Part shown: positions 1-8,858 of the stretch, in pieces
Layout of the letters: every line of letters starts with the position of its first letter
How positions within the stretch are numbered: position 1 is the first letter of the stretch
Origin: a virus
Lineage: Duplodnaviria; Caudoviricetes
IMG/VR virus record: IMGVR_UViG_3300022777_000021
Coordinates: 1-34,636 of that record
Length of the DNA stretch: 34,636 bases
Reading direction: 5' to 3' (one strand)
The notes under the pieces: generated by a model
What the model was told of the DNA's origin: nothing
What the model saw: only the letters and a program-made list of their open reading frames with translations
The model's database searches: none
Program-made: the position numbers and the translations under genes

Positions 1-23
1 TCGGTACGGTCCCCCTCGCCGTC
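1..23. repeat. Terminal overlap with 34614-34636 (circular contig junction)
   Basis: tcggtacggtccccctcgccgtc vs tcggtacggtacccctcgccgtg, 21/23 identical. Confidence 0.85.
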
Positions 24-434
24 GGCTTCGGCGCAGCGGCCGTTTGGTCCTTCGGCGCGGGCGTGGACAATCACCCCAACCGGGTCGTCAAGCGTCTCAA
101 CAACCTCAGCTTCGGTGCTAATCCCGAGTTCCGTTTGCATGTAGCGGAACCCGCGCTTTGAAATCGCGGGCGTGCCCTGAATCACGTTCACAAAGTCGTC
201 GTTGATCCCACGCAGGTACGCAATCGGGTGGCTGATTAGCTGCGGGTCGTCGTCGGCCGCGGCGGGCGTGCCGTCGTCGCCGGGCGTCCACTCCCCACCG
301 TCCGTCTCGGGACCGGGCGTCTCGGTCGTGAACTCCTCGCCTTGCTTGTCGAGAAAGTCCACGGTGTCCTCGAAGGCGTCCTTGTCGTCAAACTCCTTGC
401 GGTTGTCACCGCGGATAATCACGTACTTACTCAT
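1..434 (-). CDS. N-terminal part of a Rad52/Sak-like single-strand annealing protein (gene spans the circular junction)
   Basis: My translation, absent from the ORF track: MSKYVIIRGD...VIQGTPAISKRGFRYMQTELGIST...VIVHARAEGPNGRCAEADGEG. Open to position 1 and continues in frame at 34613. Confidence 0.65.
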   Translation of the reverse strand, partial: MSKYVIIRGDNRKEFDDKDAFEDTVDFLDKQGEEFTTETPGPETDGGEWTPGDDGTPAAADDDPQLISHPIAYLRGINDDFVNVIQGTPAISKRGFRYMQTELGISTEAEVVETLDDPVGVIVHARAEGPNGRCAEADGEGDRT

Positions 435-657
435 CGGTCGCCCCCGGTTGCGTTGCGCGTAGGTGGTCGGTGACGCCCTCCTCGTCAAGCGCGTCAAGCA
501 CGGCCTTGAGCTTCGTCGCCGACGCGTCCGGATCGCGCCCTTTGACTTTCACCGTTACCTTGTCTTGGTCACGCGTCCCGCTGCCGCGTTTCACGTTCGT
601 CTTGAGCGTTATCTTATCGGCCGATTCGCTCACCGTGTGTCGTGTGTTGTCGTTCAT
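427..657 (-). CDS. Hypothetical haloviral protein (76 aa)
   Basis: MNDNTRHTVSESADKITLKTNVKRGSGTRDQD...; the ATG at 657 is preferred over the track start; stop overlaps the next gene. Confidence 0.75.
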   Translation of the reverse strand: MNDNTRHTVSESADKITLKTNVKRGSGTRDQDKVTVKVKGRDPDASATKLKAVLDALDEEGVTDHLRATQPGATDE

Positions 658-715
658 GGTCGTATGGCGTCGGTCGCCACCCACCGCAGTCGGGCCGTGT
701 GCCGAAAGCCCGAGG

Positions 716-752
716 CCACCGGCCGGGGATGAATCCGGCTTACAAGCGGTGG
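716..752 (-). ncRNA. Stacked two-helix RNA element (degenerate tRNA top-half-like)
   Basis: ccaccg-cttgtaa-gccgg-attcatcc-ccggc-cggtgg directly after a TAA; further hairpins follow in 660-712. Confidence 0.35.
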
Positions 753-881
753 TTACGCCGGGACCGTGCGCGCAGTCACACGGTGGCCATTCCGCGAGTA
801 CCACGCCGCACGTTCCGCGTCCGACGTTTCAAACGCCGGGCGATCGCCGTCAGAAACTTTGTATAGCGTCATGTGGTTCAT
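753..881 (-). CDS. Small hypothetical protein (42 aa)
   Basis: MNHMTLYKVSDGDRPAFETSDAERAAWYSRNGHRVTARTVPA; ATGA overlap with the upstream gene. Confidence 0.6.
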   Translation of the reverse strand: MNHMTLYKVSDGDRPAFETSDAERAAWYSRNGHRVTARTVPA

Positions 882-1072
882 TTGTCGCCCTCACGAAATG
901 CGTCTTTACCGCCACGGTATATTTGCGCCCAGACGTTTGTGAGCGCCATAACACGCTCTTGGTCGATCCGTTCGTCTTCGCCCATCTCGTACTCGCGGGC
1001 GTTAATTGCGTGTAGCGCGTCGTAGTATTGCTGTTCCGTGACTTCAATCGTAATAGTCTCGGTGTCTGTCAT
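878..1072 (-). CDS. Hypothetical protein (64 aa)
   Basis: Acidic ORF with ATGA coupling on both sides and GGAGG upstream. Confidence 0.75.
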   Translation of the reverse strand: MTDTETITIEVTEQQYYDALHAINAREYEMGEDERIDQERVMALTNVWAQIYRGGKDAFREGDK

Positions 1073-1602
1073 GCGTGGACCTCCATGTACTCGTCAAAGT
1101 CAAGCAACGGGTCGTTGCTCCGACACGCGGCAAGGGTCGCGTCCGGCTCAACGTCGGCCACGGCGGCGGTCACGTCCGGGTCGTCGGTGACGCCCGCAAG
1201 CGCGGCGTCCACGACAGTCGTGCGGATTGTGTCGCCACCGTCCGCAACCGCACGCTCTTTCTCGGCGGGGAGGCCGTCAACCGCAACGGACACAACCGCG
1301 CCGAGGGCCGTTTCGGTGCCACGCTCGGAAACACTCACAAGCGTCATGTCACCGTGACGAACGCGGATGAAATACGCGTCCTCGTCCGTCTCGCCAGCGT
1401 TCGCAGAAAACCGAATCACCGCGTCGTCGAAGGCCCGGCCGTCAGACACGCGCCACACGTCACCCGTGCGGGTCCGTTGGTTGCCCTGCGGAGTCGTGTA
1501 CGTCACGGTGAGCGTCGGACGGTCGGCGGTGATCTCACCGCGGTCGTCGGCCATCATTTTGAGGTCGGTGCGAAGGTTGTCGGCGACCGTGTAGTCCGTC
1601 AT
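1069..1602 (-). CDS. Hypothetical early protein (177 aa)
   Basis: Acidic ORF, first gene after a TTTATG promoter at ~1659-1664; contains an ADGG motif. Confidence 0.8.
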   Translation of the reverse strand: MTDYTVADNLRTDLKMMADDRGEITADRPTLTVTYTTPQGNQRTRTGDVWRVSDGRAFDDAVIRFSANAGETDEDAYFIRVRHGDMTLVSVSERGTETALGAVVSVAVDGLPAEKERAVADGGDTIRTTVVDAALAGVTDDPDVTAAVADVEPDATLAACRSNDPLLDFDEYMEVHA

Positions 1603-1727
1603 GGGTGGTTTGTGCCGGGATTATCACCGGCTACACTCACACGTTATAGCCCCAAGTACATAAAGGTTACACATACTGTAATCTGAATAGGTTGGGACTT
1701 TAGTCGGCGGCGCGTGTATGCCGCGGT
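1603..1727. promoter_or_regulatory. Divergent promoter region
   Basis: AT-rich gap. Minus strand: aacctttatgtac followed by a gccgg/ccggc hairpin (1614-1631). Plus strand: ctttag ~28 nt before the GTG at 1728. Confidence 0.6.
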
Positions 1728-2027
1728 GTGACACAATACAATCTCGAAATCCACACGACTGCGAAACGCGAGCTTCAAACGCTTGATAGCGCGCTGCGGG
1801 AGCGTCTGACGGAGACGCTTGTTGAAGTGGCGCACGAACGGGAACCGACCAAACACCCCGACGCAAAGATGCTTGAGGGACAGCCGGGTTTATTCCGCGT
1901 CCGGGTTGGTGACGCCCGTGCCGTGCTTGAACTCCAAAAGCCGAACTTGCGCGTTCTCCGGTGTGGTCGGCGGAATAATGTCTATGAAAAAATAGACGAA
2001 ATTAACGACCGCCGCGCGACGGGTTAG
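1728..2027 (+). CDS. relE: RelE/ParE family toxin-like protein
   Basis: YNLEIHTTAKRELQTLD...LEGQPGLFRVRVGDARAV...GRRNNVYE matches the RelE pattern. Confidence 0.85.
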   Translation: MTQYNLEIHTTAKRELQTLDSALRERLTETLVEVAHEREPTKHPDAKMLEGQPGLFRVRVGDARAVLELQKPNLRVLRCGRRNNVYEKIDEINDRRATG

Positions 2028-2587
2028 CCCGTCTCAAAGACCACCTCGCCCGTGCCGCCGAGCGTCATATTAACTTTCAACTCCTCGTTTTTCACCGTCA
2101 CTTCAAACGTGTCCGTCTGTGACGCCGTTGTAACCACTTCCTCGTTGCGAAGGACGTACAAGCGCAACTCCGCGACCACCGTGCGGCGGAGTTCGCCGTT
2201 GGTCGGCTGAAAGTCACTAATCGCAAAGTCTGACGCCGACGCCAGCGATCCCGAGATGGTTTCGGTGCCGGTGAGTTCGTCGGTGCCGAGGTCGGTGCGC
2301 TCGGTACGCGCAATCAAGTCTACCGTGTCGGGGGTCGCGCCGACGTGTAATTCTAATTCTAATCCGTGGATCGGCGCATTGGCCGAATATCCGTATTCGG
2401 CGTCGCATTTGAGCCGCACGTCTTGGAGCTCCGTGTCGGCCAACACCGTCTCACCGTCCGGGATAGTAAACTCACCCGTGACGGTAGCCGAGGCTTGATT
2501 AGTAGTCGCTGCTATACCTACGGTCGTAGCGGAGACAAGCGCCCCAGTTCCAATGAGAGCTTGTCGCCGCGTCATGCTATGACGCAT
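2024..2587 (-). CDS. Tat-exported beta-rich protein
   Basis: Twin-arginine signal MTRRQALIG + hydrophobic stretch + ASA cleavage motif; true start may be the second Met (2575). Confidence 0.8.
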   Translation of the reverse strand: MRHSMTRRQALIGTGALVSATTVGIAATTNQASATVTGEFTIPDGETVLADTELQDVRLKCDAEYGYSANAPIHGLELELHVGATPDTVDLIARTERTDLGTDELTGTETISGSLASASDFAISDFQPTNGELRRTVVAELRLYVLRNEEVVTTASQTDTFEVTVKNEELKVNMTLGGTGEVVFETG

Positions 2588-2653
2588 GGCTTTTTCGCAT
2601 ACGGCGGCAGGATACTTGATTCTACGCCGTCCCCACAGTAAAAGTGAAATTAG

Positions 2654-5413
2654 TTAGTTGTCACCCGTGAATTGACTTGTCTCCGCGCTCGCAATTCTCT
2701 GGCCTTGCTCTACCGTGAACTCCGCGAGGCGGTGACGCGTTAAGAGCAAGTTGCCCGCGTCGTTCTTGAGTCCCGCTTCTTTGATTGTCTCTCCGGTGAG
2801 CGTTCCAGGGGAGACGACGGCCCGCGTCACCGTTTCACCGATGTTATCAGGTATAACCGCGGCCGGGTTGCCTGAAAAGTTGGCTACATCAATCGCTTGG
2901 CCGTTCGCGCCGTTCGTCGGGGTCGCGCCCGTTTGCCCGAACCGGGACAAGCCAAAACGCACGTTAAGCCCGCGCTCCGGCCCGCCCGTGATTGAGAGCG
3001 TGTCGGAGTTGTTGGCACGGGTGAACGCGTCGGTCCCGATCCGCGCCTCAATGAATTGCTGATTGCTAATGTCATTCCACGTTGAGGTAACGTCCGCTTC
3101 GGTGAGGTCGCGTCGCGTGGTTGTGGTCGTTACATCGGCTTCAATGAGCGACGGGTAGCGTTCGGGGCCGGAGAGATAGCCGTTAGCGTTCACCGTGTCG
3201 TCAAAGGTTATATCGCTTTCAAACCCGGCGTCATACGGCGCAACCACGTCAATGAACGTTACGCCGTCGTCTAACGCCGTTGATGATGTGATACACTCTA
3301 AGCGAAGGGTCCACTCGCCCGGTTCAAGCGTCGCCGCGGGTTCGTTTATGTCCTCCCAAATCGGCGAACTTAGCGTTGCGCCATCACCGATCACCTGAAC
3401 GCGCGACGCTTCCGCGCCGCTTGGGTCAATCAACACGGCGTCAAACGCTGCCGCGTCGTCGCCACCGTCCGTGTCGGTGCTAAACCTGATTCGAGCCTTG
3501 AGGTCGGTCGTGTTGTCATATCCGACCGTGAAACTATACTCGGCGAAGTTGTCGCTTGTCGCAAAGGCGACCCAATCGCCGTTACTAAATTCGCTTGAGT
3601 CGTCGGGGCCGACCGTCGCGCCCTCGTCTGCCGAGTCAAAGTTTTCGGCTTCGGTTGTCCATGCGATCTGCTGCGTTTTGAGTTCCCCACCGGAAACTTC
3701 TAACGGCGTCGTGTCAAACGCCTCGTCAACTCCGTCCGACCATTCGGTGTCGGTGTCAAGCGTTCGGAGTGACACGTTCTCAAGTGACACCTCTGTTGCC
3801 TCATCGCCGAGTGCGGTATCGGACACCGAGACGGCCGTCCCGTCACGCCCATACGCGTAGGCGTCGGGGAGCGCCGGGCTGTTGTCGGCCAGCACGTCGC
3901 GCACGGCGGTTTGCCCGTCGTTGGTAATCACGCCCCGCGACACGCTTGCGTCGTTGCTCACGGCGAGTGTGACCGTCACGCTGCCGTTGAGGTCCACGGG
4001 CGAAGCAAACACCGCGCGCGTTATGAGCCGCCCGTCTGCCGTCTCTAAGCCGATTTCTTGAACATCTGTCTGTGTGACCGACGCACTAAACTCCACGCTT
4101 GTCGCGTCGGGGAGCGATTGTGTGACGCTTGCGCTATTGGTTTGGTTGCGGAGTTCGGTGTTCGACCGCGAGAGGCCAGTCCCGTCGTCACCCACAACGA
4201 GGGTTGCCACGTCCGGCAGCTCCGCGCCACGCCACCCGTCACGAACTACGCGCCGGCCGTCGTTCACAAAGCGGGTTGCGTCCGGCGTGGTGCTGTCCGC
4301 GTCAACAGACACGTCAACAATCGCGGTCGCGTTCGTCGTTGTGATCCGGTTGCTCGGCGCGTCCCTGTTCGCGCCCTCCATTTCCACGCGCTGGACGCTC
4401 TCGTTGAGGTCCGCGAGGATACTATCAACGTCTCCTCGACGCTCTATGATTGTCAATATCGTCTCGTCAACGCCCCAGCGATACTCAACGCCGGCAATCA
4501 CGAACTCCGAATCAATGCCACGGGCATCAATTGTTATGTCAATTGTGTCGCCCGGCTCGGCGTCATACAACCCGAACGTTGTAACCGTGCCCGAAAGCGT
4601 GGAATTACGAAAGTTGAGGTATTTGCGCCCAATGTCTTCGGCGTCGGTAATATCGGTGACAAGCGGGCGGTTAAGCTCCGCGCGTTGCGTGCCCGGCGAC
4701 GGGAGGCCGAGGTTATCCTGTAAGTCAAGTTTGTCCGTCCCGTCATCAACGATGACAGACTCCTCGCCGTCGTCAAACCACACCTCTACCTCGTTGATTG
4801 CCTCTTTGCCGAGTTCGGGAATATCGTACCGGAACCATTGGGTATTATCAATCCCGCGGTCAATATGCCGCGTTTCGCGTTGTTGGAAAAAGAACTCAAG
4901 ATCGTCGTTCACGCCGAACTCCTCGTTGTTGCTCTTGAACGCAAAGTCCCGTAGGACGTTCTCGACGGCTTCGCCCTGATAGGAGCGGGTGAGTTCTTGG
5001 TTGTCGCCCACGTCCACGTTGCCCGCGACGTATGAGACGGGCGTATCGGTTTGGATTATGTCGGCGAGGGCTTGGGTGATTGTGTTGCCGCGTTGGTCGT
5101 TCGTGACGGTGTTTCGGCGCAAGAATTGGTCAAAACTATACGCCTCTACCTCAAGCGCGTCTGCGCCTTGCTGTTCGTTTTCTCGGGGTTCTACGACGTA
5201 ACCCGTAAAGCGGTTTACGGTGGTCCCGTCCTCGGTGATAGACACGTCAATGCGCGTGCCGCGTTGATATTTATCAAACTTGTTTCCACCGCGGTCGTCT
5301 AACTTGAACACGGCATAATCCCCGAACGGGTTTGCCGTATCAACAAGTGGCGCAACGTCATACACGGCGTCCTCTTGCGTGCTACCGTCGCGCGTAACTG
5401 TGAACTCTGCCAT
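2654..5413 (-). CDS. Tail hub/tip protein with fibre-like C-terminal modules (919 aa)
   Basis: N-terminal hub-like motifs (FTGYV, INEVEV, PGDTIDI) and two tail-collar-like repeats; last gene of the tail module. Confidence 0.8.
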   Translation of the reverse strand: MAEFTVTRDGSTQEDAVYDVAPLVDTANPFGDYAVFKLDDRGGNKFDKYQRGTRIDVSITEDGTTVNRFTGYVVEPRENEQQGADALEVEAYSFDQFLRRNTVTNDQRGNTITQALADIIQTDTPVSYVAGNVDVGDNQELTRSYQGEAVENVLRDFAFKSNNEEFGVNDDLEFFFQQRETRHIDRGIDNTQWFRYDIPELGKEAINEVEVWFDDGEESVIVDDGTDKLDLQDNLGLPSPGTQRAELNRPLVTDITDAEDIGRKYLNFRNSTLSGTVTTFGLYDAEPGDTIDITIDARGIDSEFVIAGVEYRWGVDETILTIIERRGDVDSILADLNESVQRVEMEGANRDAPSNRITTTNATAIVDVSVDADSTTPDATRFVNDGRRVVRDGWRGAELPDVATLVVGDDGTGLSRSNTELRNQTNSASVTQSLPDATSVEFSASVTQTDVQEIGLETADGRLITRAVFASPVDLNGSVTVTLAVSNDASVSRGVITNDGQTAVRDVLADNSPALPDAYAYGRDGTAVSVSDTALGDEATEVSLENVSLRTLDTDTEWSDGVDEAFDTTPLEVSGGELKTQQIAWTTEAENFDSADEGATVGPDDSSEFSNGDWVAFATSDNFAEYSFTVGYDNTTDLKARIRFSTDTDGGDDAAAFDAVLIDPSGAEASRVQVIGDGATLSSPIWEDINEPAATLEPGEWTLRLECITSSTALDDGVTFIDVVAPYDAGFESDITFDDTVNANGYLSGPERYPSLIEADVTTTTTRRDLTEADVTSTWNDISNQQFIEARIGTDAFTRANNSDTLSITGGPERGLNVRFGLSRFGQTGATPTNGANGQAIDVANFSGNPAAVIPDNIGETVTRAVVSPGTLTGETIKEAGLKNDAGNLLLTRHRLAEFTVEQGQRIASAETSQFTGDN

Positions 5414-5761
5414 TTATCGGTCCTCAACAATCGGCACTTCGCCGATCCACGTCGTCTGATTGCCGTTCCCGTCCACAATACGCAGTTGCTCGCGGTAGGT
5501 AGCAAACTCTAAATCTTCGGTCGCGTTTTGCTCAATCTCAATCGTAAACGTGCCGGCGTCATTATCCCGCTCAATAACCGACACGCCTGAGTCCGACAAA
5601 GATAGCGCCTCGGGATATGGGGTCCGCTGGCGAAGTGACCACTCAATTGTTGCGCCCGCGAGATTCACCGGGTCGCCCGTGTCATCCTCAACGATTGTAA
5701 ACGGGAGTCGCTTTGTGTCCGTCCGCGGGATGGGGTCGGACGCGTCTATTGTGACGCTCAT
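5414..5761 (-). CDS. BppU-N-like tail/baseplate protein
   Basis: DTKRLPFTI...PVNLAGATIEW...GTFTIEI...TEDL pattern; tail context. Confidence 0.65.
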   Translation of the reverse strand: MSVTIDASDPIPRTDTKRLPFTIVEDDTGDPVNLAGATIEWSLRQRTPYPEALSLSDSGVSVIERDNDAGTFTIEIEQNATEDLEFATYREQLRIVDGNGNQTTWIGEVPIVEDR

Positions 5762-6411
5762 ATGCGTCCTTCACGCGCGTCCGCCCTAAGTTTTCGGTCA
5801 ACCTCTCGGTCGGTGACGCGGTGGATTTCAATTCCGATAGTAGTCGGCGCAATCGTCTCGGCGCTGGTTGTCTGTTCCGTGGCCGCAACCGCGTCCGCTT
5901 CACCGATTGCTCCCGTTGTTGACTTGGTTGATTGAGTGGCCGCCGTGACACCGCGTTGCCCCTTCTCGGCCGTTGCTGTTGTCGTTGTCGTGGCTGTCGT
6001 CGCCGTCACCGCCGCGCCCGCACTCGTCGTTGTCGAACTCGCCGTTGTTTGCGCCGTGGCCGTTGCCGGGATTTGCGCGTCGGAAACGGTTGTTGTTGTG
6101 GCTTCCGCTGATGCCGCGGCCTGTGCTACGCTCGCGCTTGCGCTTGTGGTGGTTGTGCTTGCCGTGGTTTGCGGCGTCGCAGTTGATGTGGTAACGATAT
6201 TGTCAACGTCGGCCGCCGCTATAGTTGTCGCCGTGGCCGTGGCCGCAGTTGTGGCCTCCCCGACCGCAAGGCTATTTGCCTCGGTCGTGGCGACGGCCGA
6301 CGCTATCGCGGCAAGTGCGTCGTCGGCAAGGATGCCGTAATCATACGTATACCTATACGTATAATCAAGGCCCTGCTCCGTCTCAAGCGTAGATTCGGGG
6401 ACGTTTGTCAT
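5758..6411 (-). CDS. Ala/Thr-rich fibre-like structural protein
   Basis: Low-complexity A/T/S body with an internal ~20-aa repeat; N-terminal YTYRYTYDYG. Confidence 0.65.
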   Translation of the reverse strand: MTNVPESTLETEQGLDYTYRYTYDYGILADDALAAIASAVATTEANSLAVGEATTAATATATTIAAADVDNIVTTSTATPQTTASTTTTSASASVAQAAASAEATTTTVSDAQIPATATAQTTASSTTTSAGAAVTATTATTTTTATAEKGQRGVTAATQSTKSTTGAIGEADAVAATEQTTSAETIAPTTIGIEIHRVTDREVDRKLRADAREGRI

Positions 6412-6441
6412 TGTTGTGGTGTGAAAGACTCAGATACCGAG

Positions 6442-7176
6442 TCACGCAAGCGTTGGCCCCCACTTATTTGCGAACCGCTCTTCCTCGTCACTTAGTTTGT
6501 CTGTGGAGTTAAGATTTGAATCATAAAATACGATTTCTCCGATGTCGCCATTAAGAAAGTTAGAAATGCCATCATTTCGCAGCCCAACTGTCAATGAGCC
6601 TCCCCAATCGAATTCACCTGTATCTCCAGTCGCAACAGTAGACCCGTTTTCTCTAAGTAACGAGTTTGTTGAATCATACACTCCCGACAATACTATGGGA
6701 GCAGGTTCATCAGTTCCATCAAGATTAGAGAATTGTGATGGTCTATTTGATGCCAGCCGCCAGTTATGATTATCGTTTCCCTCCCAATACAGAGCAGCCT
6801 CATCAGAATTCCCGCCCCCAACATCATTCGTCACTATCATTTCTCGATCAGTATTATTATTCCCATCAATCTGCGCTGCATTGACGACAACTGCGATTAT
6901 TGTGAGCGGTTGTGTGAGAGTAGATACGGCTCCCTCAAACCCATCGTCAGTACCGTCAAAACGATATACTGCGTTTCCGTTTTGGACGTTAGTTACGTAT
7001 GTCGCGTTCCCTGTTATGTCGTTATTACCCAGCTGATCCGTGAGCGTTGAAACAGAGTCACCATCAGCAAACGCCTCTTGTGTTGCATCGAACTGAATGA
7101 TTGCGCTGTCGGGTATACCAACATCCGTTGACACATTCCGCAGACTCCCACGTAACCCGCCTTCTTTCACCGGCAT
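6442..7176 (-). CDS. Putative adhesin with a ConA/LamG-like domain
   Basis: FDGTDD...TIIAVV...ENGS...FLNGDIGEIVFYD LamG-like motifs; visibly AT-richer than its neighbours. Confidence 0.75.
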   Translation of the reverse strand: MPVKEGGLRGSLRNVSTDVGIPDSAIIQFDATQEAFADGDSVSTLTDQLGNNDITGNATYVTNVQNGNAVYRFDGTDDGFEGAVSTLTQPLTIIAVVVNAAQIDGNNNTDREMIVTNDVGGGNSDEAALYWEGNDNHNWRLASNRPSQFSNLDGTDEPAPIVLSGVYDSTNSLLRENGSTVATGDTGEFDWGGSLTVGLRNDGISNFLNGDIGEIVFYDSNLNSTDKLSDEEERFANKWGPTLA

Positions 7177-7523
7177 TATCTCTCATCCCCGTCTGCCGAA
7201 AAGTCGGCTGTGGCTCCCGAGACATTCGTCACCTCAAGGCGTTGGTCGCCCGTGCTTGGACTCCCGCCACCGTTGACCATAATCCGATTAAACTGCGTGT
7301 GCCAATCCGCGCTAAACGTCGCATTGCTATTCGCATCTGACAGTTGGGCAACCGTCACCCATGCGTTTCCGTCATAGGCTTGGAGGCGAATCGCGGCGTC
7401 ACCGTTGCCCGCCACACCCGAGACAATCGCCGCGCCCGTCGCACTATCGGACCCGTCAATAACGAACGTGCCCGTGTCGCTCACGCCAAACGCCGCCGTC
7501 GTAAATGGATCGTTTTGGGCCAT
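7176..7523 (-). CDS. Putative virion structural protein (115 aa)
   Basis: Beta-rich acidic ORF coupled to both neighbours in the fibre operon. Confidence 0.7.
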   Translation of the reverse strand: MAQNDPFTTAAFGVSDTGTFVIDGSDSATGAAIVSGVAGNGDAAIRLQAYDGNAWVTVAQLSDANSNATFSADWHTQFNRIMVNGGGSPSTGDQRLEVTNVSGATADFSADGDER

Positions 7524-7975
7524 TAGTTGAGGTCAAGCCGCACGGTGGTTTCAATGCTGGTAAAGTTGCTCAAGTCTTGACTTCCAATATCCAGCGTCGC
7601 GCTGTAAATGTGGTGTGGGTTCTGCGCGCCCTCGGCGTTCACAACGTCGCTCTGGAAGTCCACGACGGTCATAGTCGCGTCCACGGTGCCCGTGGTGCCG
7701 TCCACGTCAAACGTGACGACCGCCTCGGCTCGGAGGTCGCCCGCCTCTTGCGTGAGCGTCACATCCGTCGAATCAAGGGTAAACGTTTGCCGGGTATAAT
7801 TACCGTCCGTGGGTTCGGTCGTGACGGCCCCCACATCGTCGCTATCGGTGATCGAGTCGGTCGCGTCGTCATACAGTAGCACCTCTACGGTTGTGCCGCG
7901 CGTAATGAGGTCTTGCCGAAAACTACTCTTATGCGACCACTCCTCTCCAAAATCCGAATACCCCGTTGAGGTCAT
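7523..7975 (-). CDS. Putative fibre/appendage base protein (150 aa)
   Basis: LYDDATD...TEPTDGNYTRQ motif typical of small phage fibre proteins; has its own late promoter. Confidence 0.65.
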   Translation of the reverse strand: MTSTGYSDFGEEWSHKSSFRQDLITRGTTVEVLLYDDATDSITDSDDVGAVTTEPTDGNYTRQTFTLDSTDVTLTQEAGDLRAEAVVTFDVDGTTGTVDATMTVVDFQSDVVNAEGAQNPHHIYSATLDIGSQDLSNFTSIETTVRLDLN

Positions 7976-7998
7976 ACGCGTGGGTACGCAATGCTCCC

Positions 7999-8012
7999 CC
8001 TAAGCGTTTGGG
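7999..8012 (-). promoter_or_regulatory. Conserved late promoter CCCAAACGCTTAGG
   Basis: One of four copies, each ending exactly 24 nt before an ATG. Confidence 0.75.
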
Positions 8013-8858
8013 CTATTGTGAGAAGATACGCCGGAGTTCAAGCGTTGGCACACTCACCCAATCCTGCCCGGCGCTCTGGACTTGGCGGAACGGGGCGCTC
8101 CCGATGGGCACCGCTTCAATCGCGCCGAGGCCAAGGACGCCGTTGAAATCCACGGTCACGCCGTCCCGCTCCAGTTGCTCTCGAAACACGTTGTCCGTAA
8201 TGGCGTTTAACACGCTCATCGGGTTCTCTGTCGCCTCAAAGTTGAACGTGAACACGTCGTTCGTCACTTTGGCTTTGACTTCATACCGTGGGTCTGCGCC
8301 GAGGTCGCGCCGGATGGCGTCGTTCGGCCGCCCGACCGTGCGCTCTAAGCCGAGGCCCGCAGTCGGCACCTCCACGGTGGTCCCGCCGATCCGGAGTTCA
8401 ATCGGGCCGGTGCCCGTCGCCGTGGGTGTTGTTGCCTCTTGCTCATTGACGCCCTGAATGATCCCGACGCGCGTGAGGTTCAACGAGACGTTGACGTTAT
8501 CGCGCTTGCTGGCGGGGTACTCAAGCGTGAGCGCGCCCTCTTGTCCCGCGGCCGGCGCGACACGCAAGGGGTCGTCGTAAATATCGGTCGGGAGTGATAA
8601 CTCAAGCGGGTCAAGTGACGCGCTCTTGATTAGGTCGGCGAGGTCGTGGCTCTTACCGTACTCAAAGAATCGGCCGACTAACTGAATGCCTTGTAAACCC
8701 GAAAAGTTGTCAAGAACGCGGGGGTTAAGGGTGCCGCCCGACTCTCGCACCGTGGTTTCCGGTTTACCAAAAGTTGAACTTACTAATATTTCTCCACCCT
8801 CTTCTACGAGGGGGATTTCTACGCTTGTGCTACCACGCGAGAGGGTTGCGACGGCCAT
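8013..8858 (-). CDS. Distal tail (Dit-like) protein
   Basis: Immediately follows the tape measure gene; 281 aa, beta-rich. Confidence 0.6.
   Translation of the reverse strand: MAVATLSRGSTSVEIPLVEEGGEILVSSTFGKPETTVRESGGTLNPRVLDNFSGLQGIQLVGRFFEYGKSHDLADLIKSASLDPLELSLPTDIYDDPLRVAPAAGQEGALTLEYPASKRDNVNVSLNLTRVGIIQGVNEQEATTPTATGTGPIELRIGGTTVEVPTAGLGLERTVGRPNDAIRRDLGADPRYEVKAKVTNDVFTFNFEATENPMSVLNAITDNVFREQLERDGVTVDFNGVLGLGAIEAVPIGSAPFRQVQSAGQDWVSVPTLELRRIFSQ

Noticed and set aside
1069-1602. Possible paralogy with 13483-13914 (LTVTYTT...TRTGDV vs LTIEYDS...TASGTA)
   Set aside because: Similarity is too short to support without a profile alignment.
7997-8012. CCCTAAGCGTT repeats resemble the pistol ribozyme core
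   Set aside because: No upstream UUAGGG-loop P1 hairpin; the fixed 24-nt spacing to ATG on the other strand fits a promoter.
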